From: Halorarum halobium
GTDB taxonomy: Archaea; Halobacteriota; Halobacteria; Halobacteriales; Haloferacaceae
NCBI RefSeq assembly: GCF_032116555.1
Contig: NZ_CP134949.1
Span: 2,914,001 to 2,978,000, forward strand
DNA length: 64,000 nucleotides
Reading direction: 5' to 3'
The notes under the pieces were generated by a model, which was not told the DNA's origin, did not search any database, and saw only the letters and a list, made by a program, of their open reading frames with translations. Position 1 is the stretch's first letter. Each line of letters begins with the position of its first letter. Positions 21,561 through 30,007 of the stretch are shown piece by piece. A program made the position numbers and the translations under genes.

Positions 21561-22331
21561 ATGGGTTCGAATTCACGGACGATCAAATCGGTCGAGAACG
21601 CGCTCGACATCATCGACGTACTGAAAGAGCGTGACGGGGCAACCCTCTCCGAACTCGCAGACAGCGTCGGCCTCTCTCCCGGGACCGTCCACACATATCT
21701 CACGACGTTTGCCCAGCAAGGGTACGTCGACAAACAGGGAGGAAACGAGTACGCACTCGATCTCGAATTCCTCCATCTCGGCTCTCACATCCGCGAACGG
21801 ATTCCGATCTACAAACACGGAAAAAGTGCCGCGGACGAACTCGCATGGATTACGGGTGACGTCACCCAGCTCGCGGTTGAATCAGGCGGCGTCGTCCACA
21901 TTCTGTACTCGACACGCGGAGACAAAGAGTCGCTGAAGGGACCGACCCCGAGCGGTGGAACCCTCCCGATGCACGTCACCGCTGCAGGGAAGGCAATCCT
22001 CGCGGAGCTGCCCGACGCGCACATCGAGTCGATCATCGACGAGCACGGGCTCGAGCCCTTCACGGAATACACGATCGCCGATCGAGCGGTCCTGGTCGAC
22101 GAACTGTCATCAATTCGCGAGACCGGATACGCACGAAACGACGAGGAGCAAACGATCGGAGCGACGACCCTCGCAAAAGCCGTTCACCGACCGGATGGAA
22201 GCGTCGTTGGCTCAATCGGCGTGAGCGGAACTGTCGGCCGATTCGAGACGAAAGATACTGACACGCTGGTCAGCGAACTCACCGAAGCGGCAAATCAGAT
22301 CGAGATCAATATTCACAACGAGATCGGATGA
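21561..22331 (+). CDS. IclR family transcriptional regulator
   Basis: N-terminal HTH (LSELADSVGLSPGTVHTYL), HVTAAGKAILA, IRETGYA motifs. Confidence 0.93.
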   Translation: MGSNSRTIKSVENALDIIDVLKERDGATLSELADSVGLSPGTVHTYLTTFAQQGYVDKQGGNEYALDLEFLHLGSHIRERIPIYKHGKSAADELAWITGDVTQLAVESGGVVHILYSTRGDKESLKGPTPSGGTLPMHVTAAGKAILAELPDAHIESIIDEHGLEPFTEYTIADRAVLVDELSSIRETGYARNDEEQTIGATTLAKAVHRPDGSVVGSIGVSGTVGRFETKDTDTLVSELTEAANQIEINIHNEIG

Positions 22332-22728
22332 CACGGCCCCCTGGCCGAGGCTGGGAACTCGGTTGTAATGCCCATTACAGCTGTATCGGTGTAATTACTG
22401 CACCAACTGGCCCGCATGATGAGAGAACACATAAGATGGAATTATACTATATTAGATAGTCATGACTGTTTCTATAGTAGAGATCTCGTCGGGGGTGTAC
22501 TCCGGAATCGAAAGTCTCGGACCTGAAACTTCGATCTTCTCGATTGTACCTGATCTGGATTCTGAGAGTTGAAAAGGAGAATTCCGGAGAATATCACGGG
22601 TAGAACAGCTTAAGTGGCAGATTTGCCTTCCAGAATAATATTTTGGATGTAATTAATAGAAATATTATATTGAGGTGGACGAAGCACAAGAGCATCATGT
22701 TGAGGGGTGCACTCCATCGTGGAGCGCG

Positions 22729-23005
22729 TTACTCCGGGATGTTGACGCCGTTTATTTCGAATCGTGCACCGCCAGTCGGCCCTGACGTCGCCAGAATCGT
22801 CCAGCCGTGTGCCCTGGCGATCTGTCGAACGATCCCGGGTCCAAGACCAGTACCGTCCTCCGCGGAGGTATACCCACGGTCGAACACGCTCGCGCGTTCC
22901 TCGGGGGAATCCCTCGGTCGTCGTCTTCGACGTAGAATCCGCCCGACGGTGACCTGCACCTCCGCACCACCATGTTCGACGGCGTTCCGAAAGAAATTTT
23001 CGGCT
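22729..23005 (-). pseudogene. Frameshifted C-terminal HATPase_c fragment of a sensor histidine kinase
   Basis: Across frames: ENFFRNAVEHGG (N box), FYVEDDDRGIP (G1), GTGLGPGIV (G2), GGARFEI; no upstream sensor or HisKA domain. Confidence 0.8.
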
Positions 23006-23322
23006 TTGTTGAAATCCTATTAGTTCGACACTCTCGTCGCTGGAACGGCCGATGGGTAGGTTTGCGAAAGATAACAGTAGTTTCAATTCCTATTATTTCG
23101 GATATCTTCCTGCGTCCCTGAGACTGTTCCGTCCTCTCGGGGTCTATCCTCTATCTGACTTTGGTATACGTCAGGTCGAAACGTGTTCCCATTCAGTATT
23201 ACTTATCAGTCATCGTGAATACGATTTCTTTATTCAGAGGGGTGGCTGAAAAATTAGTTCAGTCTGTTGCAACTGGCCCGACTGGGAGCACGAAGAGAAA
23301 TCGCTCGTGGGAGTGGTTTGTA

Positions 23323-23799
23323 TTAGGCTTCTGAAGTCGCGTTACCGTTGCAGCGGCGACCAAACAGTCTGGTACTTCGACGGGCAACCACACCGACCGT
23401 GAATCCGACTAGCCTTATCGGGATTCCCCACAGAAGAGCGAGGAACAGAGCAGTACTAAGAGTTTCTAACGGACCAACAGTTTCGAAGTGCATCGCTGTC
23501 GCACCGAAGAGTCGGTGAAGTTTACTCGGTGAAAAATGTTCGATTGTCATCCCATATCGAGCAAGACCGATGCCAAAAATCGGACCCATAACCAGAATAG
23601 TTGTCGGTGCCAATCCGGCTTTTTTGGCGCTTAAAGCCGCGGACACCGCTACAAGCAGAATGATACTGATAATCGCAACGGCCTGTGGACCTGTCCCGAA
23701 CGCGCGTGCGACCCATTGTCCGGGAGTGAGGGCATCGCCTACCACCACGTGTTCGATATGACTGTAACCATACGTGGTGGATACGAGTAGACCCGTCAC
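23323..23799 (-). CDS. Hypothetical membrane protein (start uncertain, may be decayed)
   Basis: Several hydrophobic segments; the frame stays open upstream of the GTG without an ATG; lower GC than its neighbours. Confidence 0.4.
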   Translation of the reverse strand: MTGLLVSTTYGYSHIEHVVVGDALTPGQWVARAFGTGPQAVAIISIILLVAVSAALSAKKAGLAPTTILVMGPIFGIGLARYGMTIEHFSPSKLHRLFGATAMHFETVGPLETLSTALFLALLWGIPIRLVGFTVGVVARRSTRLFGRRCNGNATSEA

Positions 23800-24161
23800 G
23801 ATTGCCGATATGGGGGCACACAGGACTGCTATCGTCGACAGCTCTCGTCTTGTGCCGAAGATTCCGTTCCAGATGGACGTAAGCAGATGTCGGGTTGTGA
23901 GAGTACTTCTAATGGAGCGGCTTTCTGGAGGGATATCTTTCCCGGAGGGGATAGTAGCGGATATACTATTACCCTTATTATAGTTTTCCTGTCGTATCGA
24001 TCACTCTCCCGTGAATCGATTCGCCGCATTCACAACGGCTGTTATCAGACGGTTCGTTCAGTTACGAAGTGGAAAATAACTACCCCGTGAACAGTTCTTG
24101 GCACCTGCGATCAGAACCCTCCCAGTCGAGGTGAGCAGCCACGCCGCGCAACCCCCCGCGT

Positions 24162-24292
24162 TTACCCGCTGGCGTCGAGACCGGATTCATTTTAGCCCGG
24201 ACCGGGCGCTCGGGGTGCGGAGAGCGCCCGCACGCCCGGAATGGTCGGTCGCGAGCGACGCGGAGGGCGGCAGCGGCGAGCGGGGCGTGCCG
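24162..24292. repeat. Copy 1 (partial) of a structured GC-rich non-coding element
   Basis: Shares TTACCCGCTGGCGTC, CGCCCGCACGCCCGGA-TGGTCGGT and an identical 28-mer (24265-24292 = 60606-60633) with copy 2; internal hairpin 24203-24211/24222-24230. Confidence 0.85.
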
Positions 24293-24410
24293 TCTCGTAC
24301 TATCTGTCCAGCCGGCCACGTCGCTCGGTGAGCCATCGACAGTCCTGGTGGACTCAGAACGGGCGAGGCCGCCTGATATCGCTCGTAGAGCTGGTGGACC
24401 TCGTCGTCGA

Positions 24411-24630
24411 CCGCCGCCGCGCGTTCTGCGACCGATTTCGGCAGGTCGAGCGCGCCCGTCATCCGTATCAGTTCGCCACAGGCGTGTGCGAGATTCCGCT
24501 CGGCTATCGAGTCGAACCGGGCGCGGTTGTGTTCGCGACGCAGCCGGCAGAGTTGGGCGCGTTTTCGGCGTGTGAGCCCGCTGTTCGAGTCACCCGAACC
24601 AAAGCCGATCCCGGTGGAGCGTCCGCGATT
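24411..24630 (-). pseudogene. tfb: Fragment of transcription initiation factor IIB (B-linker and start of cyclin repeat 1)
   Basis: NRGRSTGIG...RRKRAQLCRLRREHNRARFDSIAERNLAHACGELIRMTGALDLPKSVAERAA matches the TFB pattern GLST.IG...RLR....R.....ERNL..A..EI.RM..AL.LP..V.E.A. Confidence 0.75.
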
Positions 24631-25316
24631 CTAAGCTCGCGGACCAGTACATTACAGTCATAGGACTGTAATCATTAAGATGGTATTGCCCCAGTGGGGA
24701 GAACACACTGTCCGACAATATCGGACGTTCGGGCGGTGGGACGCGCTCCGGAGGTGAAACAGAATTACCTTTGTATGGGCCACGAAGACGAATGATCCGA
24801 ACGACAATTGCTCGAAATATGTCTCATCCCAGCCCAAGAAGAGACTGGCTGAACGGATCTGGTCCGATAATACCGAAAGCACACGACGTGCCAAGTCGGT
24901 ACGCGACTGCCACATGGTTTCGAGTGGTACAGGCCTCAACCAGTTAGTGGTGTGATCTCGGGACGACATGGAGTGATACCCTTTGAGGATGGATACGGTA
25001 GCGATTTCCAGCAGTACTCCCTAGTTGATCGTCCGAAAGTGAAAGAGACTCCTCGATAATCGCTAGACTGCGATTGGAAAAGATCGAAGGAAGAACAGAG
25101 GTGATGTCCCCGTATGAAGGGTCGTTGAATCCAAACTGTACGACATTACCGGATGCGATAGTTTCCTGGCTACAGAACAACAGTTCCAAAACGCTGGATT
25201 ATCCCGTGCATTTTCTCGTGGCCAATGTTACAACCCACCCTGCCGAGAGATAAAGAGTTATATGATATAGACATCAATCCGACTGTATCCAGGTCGCCCC
25301 TGCTAACCAGACAGAC

Positions 25317-26351
25317 ATGAAAGCGATTGTGCAGACGGCAGCTGAGGAGGTAAGGGTAGAGGATCGTGACAAACCGACGCCTGGCCCAGACGGAGTACTC
25401 GTTCAAGTCCACTCCGCAGGGCTCTGTGGAAGCGACGCCGGGGCCTATAGCTACGAGGGTGGGTACGAGTGGATTCCAGTCCCTCGGATAATGGGCCACG
25501 AGTACTCGGGCGAAGTCGTCGCCGTCGGCGATAACGTTGACCGGTTTGAGATTGGACAAAAGGTCGTCGAAGAGCCAATTCACCACTGCGGTCACTGTTT
25601 CCAGTGCCAGAACGGGCAGGAGAACGTGTGCCAAAACTTCTCGATTACTGGGATGCACACCGACGGCGCGTATGCTGAGTACACGACAGTTGAGCAGCGC
25701 CATCTCCACGCCGTTCCCGAGTCAGTGCCCCTTGAGTATGCAGCAGTCACGGAACCGACGAGCATTGCGACCAGAGCGGTCTTGGAGCAATCACGTCTCA
25801 AGCCCGGTGACACGGTCCTCGTGGAGGGCCCTGGACCGATCGGCATACTAACCGCGGTGATCGCGGACTCCATCGGCGCGAACGTAGTCGTGTCAGGCCT
25901 CAATAAAGACGCGAAGTATCGGCTTCCGCTCGTCGAACAGCTGGGGTTGGCGACGGTGAACATAGAGGAGCGAGAGTTGGAGTCGATCGTCGACGAACGA
26001 ACTGATGGCCTCGGGTTCGATCTCGTGTTCGACGCGACGGGGCATCGAAGTGGCGTTGAACTCGCCATCGATGGGGTTCGAAAAGGCGGCCAGGTTGTCG
26101 TTGTTGGGATTCCGGCTTCAGCAAGCGAACTCTTTTTCGCTCCGCTTGTCCGGGGAGAGATCGATATGAATACTTCGTACGGGTCAAAGTGGCGGAATTT
26201 TGAACAGGCGCTCCGCCTGATGGAGAACGACACGATCGATATCGAGGGAATAATCGATACGTCGTGGGACGTGGAAGATGCCGGTGCGGCGTTCGATGCC
26301 TTCCTCGCCTCCGAGACGTGCAAGCCGGTGTTTCAATTCACGGACGAATAG
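25317..26351 (+). CDS. Zinc-dependent MDR alcohol dehydrogenase (candidate 2-keto-3-deoxy-L-rhamnonate 4-dehydrogenase)
   Basis: CGSD, GHEYSG, structural Zn motif CGHCFQCQNGQENVC, GPGPIG; specific activity inferred only from the adjacent rhamnonate dehydratase-like gene. Confidence 0.85.
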   Translation: MKAIVQTAAEEVRVEDRDKPTPGPDGVLVQVHSAGLCGSDAGAYSYEGGYEWIPVPRIMGHEYSGEVVAVGDNVDRFEIGQKVVEEPIHHCGHCFQCQNGQENVCQNFSITGMHTDGAYAEYTTVEQRHLHAVPESVPLEYAAVTEPTSIATRAVLEQSRLKPGDTVLVEGPGPIGILTAVIADSIGANVVVSGLNKDAKYRLPLVEQLGLATVNIEERELESIVDERTDGLGFDLVFDATGHRSGVELAIDGVRKGGQVVVVGIPASASELFFAPLVRGEIDMNTSYGSKWRNFEQALRLMENDTIDIEGIIDTSWDVEDAGAAFDAFLASETCKPVFQFTDE

Positions 26352-26548
26352 CGTCAATAGAGATCATTCGAACGGTAGCCGTCGTGTTGGTGCGGTCCGT
26401 TCCTCGGAGATGGTCCCCCGAGACCATCGCAGTTTTCTCGATAGAGCCGTTCGAGACGTCTTCGACGGCGTCGATACCTCGCCGCTCCACAAAGACTTAA
26501 GTCACTGTTACGCGCAATCATGGGATACGGGCAGCGCCCGGGTGCACG

Positions 26549-27754
26549 ATGGAAATTACCGACATATCCGTAACGAAAGTGAGTACCGACTCTTGGGGCG
26601 AGTTCGTTGAATTCCCCCTCGTTACCGTGATGAGCCAGTTCGACGAATACCGAAACTCAGACGGAGACAATCCGCAAGCCCGACGCAACTGGATGGGGCC
26701 AGTTGGTGACGTGGTCGTAGAAGTCGAAACGGACGCAGGGATTACCGGGACAGGTCACGGGAACTGGGCGACCGGCGCCATCGAGACCATAGTCGAAGAG
26801 ACGCTCTCGAAGCTCGTCGTCGGGGAGGACCCGGGCGAGCGCGAGCGACTCTGGGATATGATGTACCGGGCGACGATTCCATTCGGCCGCAAGGGGGCCG
26901 CCGTCGAGGCCATCAGCGCCGTTGACCTCGCACTCTGGGACATCGCGGGCAAGGAAAGTGGAAAGCCGGTTTATGAGTTGCTCGGCGGCCCGGTGAAGGA
27001 CGAGATCCCCTGTTATGCGAGCAATCTCCATCCCGTCGACATGGAGACGCTCGAACGAGAAGCGATGGAGTATGCCGAGAACGGATTCGAGGTGATGAAA
27101 CTTCGTTTCCGACACGGACCCGAGGCCGGCCGTAAAGGGATGAAAGAAAACGAACAGATCGTCGAGACTGTTCGAGACGCTGTCGGCGACGAGATCGAGA
27201 TTGCCGGTGACGTATACATGGGCTGGACGGTCAAGTACGCCAAGCGCATGGTCGACCGCCTCGAACCGTATGATATGGCGTGGATCGAAGAGCCTGTTAT
27301 CCCGGACGACATCGATGGATACGCGGAAGTCAGAGAGGCGGCGCCGATGCCAATCTCCGGTGGGGAGCACGAGTTCACCCGCTGGGGCCACAAGGAACTT
27401 CTCGAGCGCGACGCCGTCGACATTCTCCAGCCGGATGTTCACCGCTGTGGTGGCCTAACGGAACTGCAGCGAATCGATGCCTTGGCGAGCACACACGGCG
27501 TCCCAGTCATCCCGCACACGGGGACGAATCCACACCTTCACTTCATCGCCGCGTCCAGAAACGCCCCGATGGCCGAGTACTTCCCGATTCCGGAGTGGTA
27601 CCGGGAGCAACAAGAGGAGAAGGAGTCGACGTACGCAGATGCGATATACGCCGATCCGCCAAACGCCGAGAACGGCGTTATTCCGCTCCCGACGGGTACC
27701 GGCCTGAGTGCCGAACTCAACCGTGAAGCCCTGGACCACTTCGCCGTCGAGTAA
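26549..27754 (+). CDS. Mandelate racemase/enolase superfamily acid-sugar dehydratase, L-rhamnonate dehydratase-like
   Basis: LWDMMYRATIPFGRKG, AISAVDLALWD, KLR..HGP..G..G..EN, DVYMGW, WIEEP, GEHEFTRWG, QPD, VIPH, all typical of the RhmD subgroup. Confidence 0.85.
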   Translation: MEITDISVTKVSTDSWGEFVEFPLVTVMSQFDEYRNSDGDNPQARRNWMGPVGDVVVEVETDAGITGTGHGNWATGAIETIVEETLSKLVVGEDPGERERLWDMMYRATIPFGRKGAAVEAISAVDLALWDIAGKESGKPVYELLGGPVKDEIPCYASNLHPVDMETLEREAMEYAENGFEVMKLRFRHGPEAGRKGMKENEQIVETVRDAVGDEIEIAGDVYMGWTVKYAKRMVDRLEPYDMAWIEEPVIPDDIDGYAEVREAAPMPISGGEHEFTRWGHKELLERDAVDILQPDVHRCGGLTELQRIDALASTHGVPVIPHTGTNPHLHFIAASRNAPMAEYFPIPEWYREQQEEKESTYADAIYADPPNAENGVIPLPTGTGLSAELNREALDHFAVE

Positions 27755-27756
27755 CT

Positions 27757-28785
27757 ATGTCTGAAATCAGCTTCGAGTACAACATACCAGTGTTCGCCGG
27801 CGCGCCAGAGAGCGGGTCGGAGCCGGTACACCGTGACACGCCCTGTTATGAGGAACTCAGTTGGAGCCGCACGAAAACGGCGGTTCAGAAGGCCGAACGA
27901 CTCGGATTTGAGACCGTCTGGGCACCGGATCATCTCATGCTCGGCCGCGACCACGCCGAGTACGAGTGCTGGACGCTCCTGTCGGCCATCGCCGGGTTCA
28001 CCGACGACGTTAACGTTGGGTCGCTGGTGTTGTGTAATGACTACCGGAATCCGGCGCTCGTTGCCAAGATGGCCGCGACGCTTGATGTCGTCTCCGAAGG
28101 CCGCCTCGAGCTCGGTCTCGGTGCGGGATGGCACGAGCCCGAATACGACGCATACGGGTGGGAGTTCCGTGATGGCTTCGAGCGATTGATGCGCCTGGAT
28201 GAGGCCATTCGGGCAATGAAGCGTCTCTGGTCGGCGGGCAGTGAAGGAGCGAGTTTCGACGGCGATCACTACCAGATCGAGGACGCCTACTGTGTCCCGG
28301 CACCGGTACAGGAGCCGCACCCGCCAATCCTCGTCGGCGGTCAGGGCGAGGAGGTGACGCTCAAACTCGTCGCGAAGCATGCCGACGTTTGGAACACTGA
28401 CGTGTTCAACGGCGATGTGGACACGCTGACCCACAAGACCGGCGTCATCGAAGACCACTGCGAGACGGTCGGTCGTGACCCGGATGAGATCGAGTATTCG
28501 TGGGACGGTCACGTCATCTGTACCCGCGATGAGACGAAGCTCGATCGGCTACTCAACCGGATGCTACCAATTCAATTCGAGACTGAGTACACCGACCAAC
28601 CTGACATCGAAACGAAGGAAGACGCCCGCGAGTACTTCGTCATGGGGACGCCAGAGGAGTGTGCTGCGGCCATCGAAGACCGCATCGAGGTTGGCGTCAC
28701 CAAGTTCCAGGGGTGGTTCGTCGACTTTCCCGACGCCGACGGGATGGAACTGTTCGCCGACGAAGTCATCCCGGAGTTCACCTGA
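27757..28785 (+). CDS. LLM-class (probably F420-dependent) oxidoreductase
   Basis: AERLGFETVWAPDH, YRNPALVAKMAATLDVVSEGRLELGLGAGW, PPILVGG, HADVWN; starts 2 nt after the dehydratase stop. Confidence 0.9.
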   Translation: MSEISFEYNIPVFAGAPESGSEPVHRDTPCYEELSWSRTKTAVQKAERLGFETVWAPDHLMLGRDHAEYECWTLLSAIAGFTDDVNVGSLVLCNDYRNPALVAKMAATLDVVSEGRLELGLGAGWHEPEYDAYGWEFRDGFERLMRLDEAIRAMKRLWSAGSEGASFDGDHYQIEDAYCVPAPVQEPHPPILVGGQGEEVTLKLVAKHADVWNTDVFNGDVDTLTHKTGVIEDHCETVGRDPDEIEYSWDGHVICTRDETKLDRLLNRMLPIQFETEYTDQPDIETKEDAREYFVMGTPEECAAAIEDRIEVGVTKFQGWFVDFPDADGMELFADEVIPEFT

Positions 28786-28983
28786 GGGAACTGCCCGCGT
28801 TCGCGTCGATATTGGCGACAGAGTACGCGAGTGATCCCGCCCAATCACGCGTCTACATCCGACGCCAACACCCGTTCTACCCTCCCCTGGATCACCGATA
28901 ACGAGACCAACTTGCCGGCCACTGTGTCGCTCTCGGTTCGACCTGCGTTTGGCCCAGAAGGAAGGGGGACGTAATCCAGCGCG

Positions 28984-29829
28984 CTACGACTCCTTGTCGG
29001 TGATCGATGCCGTGGATGCTTCCACGTATGCCGGTTCGAAGATGGTGTCCCAATCTTCACGGAAGATATCATCTTTTGCTTCGCGGACAATCTGTTGGGC
29101 ACCATCTGACAGAGGATATTCCACCTCGTCGAAGAGTATCGCCGATTCGATGCGCAAATGTCCCAGTACGAAGTCGCGAGCGGCCGCTTCGGGGACACCC
29201 ATTTCGACCGCTGTGTCGAGCCCTTCTCGGATGATCGTAAGACAGGTCGCAGTGAGTGTTTCCCCGAGAGCCGGTTCCAGGATGGCCATCTGCTCGGTGG
29301 TCAAACGATGGGCCTCGTCGACCGGGGCGTAGATGTCTCTCGCTATCGACTCCCCGACGTCGTAGTCCGATTCCGGCCCTTGTTCCAGCGCACAGACGAT
29401 GTTTTGTTCCGCCAGACCGCGTCCCCCGAAGAGGTCGGCCTGGGCCTCTCGGTCGGTTTCCGTTGCGAAGAGTTGCGGGTGACACGGATGGCTGATGAAA
29501 TACGTCACGTCGTCGCGTTCGTGCAAGACTCCCGCATGCGCGGCGGCGGGATCGAGTAGGAAGATGACCGTCCCTGCATCAAGGTGGGGAACTATCTCTT
29601 CGGTCAGGTCGCTGATTACCGTATCCGGAACTGCGAGGATCACGACGTCCGCCCCGGGGAGCGCCTCATCCTGGGACATCGGGGAGAGACCCCGTTCGGA
29701 AAGACGTTCGTGCCCTTCGGTACTCGGTTCGACACACCGGAGGTTGTAACTGGACACTCCGCCCAACTGGTCGACGATCCGGCATCCCATTTTGCCGCCG
29801 GCTCCCATGACTGTAATGGTGGTTGGCAT
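28984..29829 (-). CDS. apnO: D-apionate oxidoisomerase-like NAD-binding protein
   Basis: GAGGKMGCR, LDPAA, HPCHP, DLFGG, QNIVCAL.QGPE, HR.T.EQMAILEP.L.ET, GVPE.AARDF.LGH motifs as recalled for ApnO; alternative ATG at 29844. Confidence 0.8.
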   Translation of the reverse strand: MPTTITVMGAGGKMGCRIVDQLGGVSSYNLRCVEPSTEGHERLSERGLSPMSQDEALPGADVVILAVPDTVISDLTEEIVPHLDAGTVIFLLDPAAAHAGVLHERDDVTYFISHPCHPQLFATETDREAQADLFGGRGLAEQNIVCALEQGPESDYDVGESIARDIYAPVDEAHRLTTEQMAILEPALGETLTATCLTIIREGLDTAVEMGVPEAAARDFVLGHLRIESAILFDEVEYPLSDGAQQIVREAKDDIFREDWDTIFEPAYVEASTASITDKES

Positions 29830-29973
29830 GACGATATCGTCCATTGACTCAACGGGTATTTATAATCTTGCGTTCCTCACAGCTCGACCCGCGAGTCTCG
29901 TACTGCTGCTGGCACATCCTCGGGCACCCACTCTCGACTGATTCGACCTCCACCGACCCTGTTCACCGGTAGA

Positions 29974-30002
29974 TATAAATTCGAATCTTCGGATTTTCCG
30001 AA
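29974..30002 (+). promoter_or_regulatory. TATA box plus inverted-repeat operator upstream of the GH127-like/ABC operon
   Basis: TATAAAT at 29974-29980 and palindrome TTCGGA-ttt-TCCGAA at 29988-30002, just before ATG 30008. Confidence 0.5.
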
Positions 30003-30007
30003 CGGCA

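Noticed and set aside
22610..23086. Intact ORFs of 126-158 aa in this region
   Set aside because: Better explained as alternative frames over a frameshifted histidine kinase remnant
24658..25189. Two minus-strand ORFs (103 and 81 aa)
   Set aside because: No recognisable family and atypical composition; cannot be supported as genes
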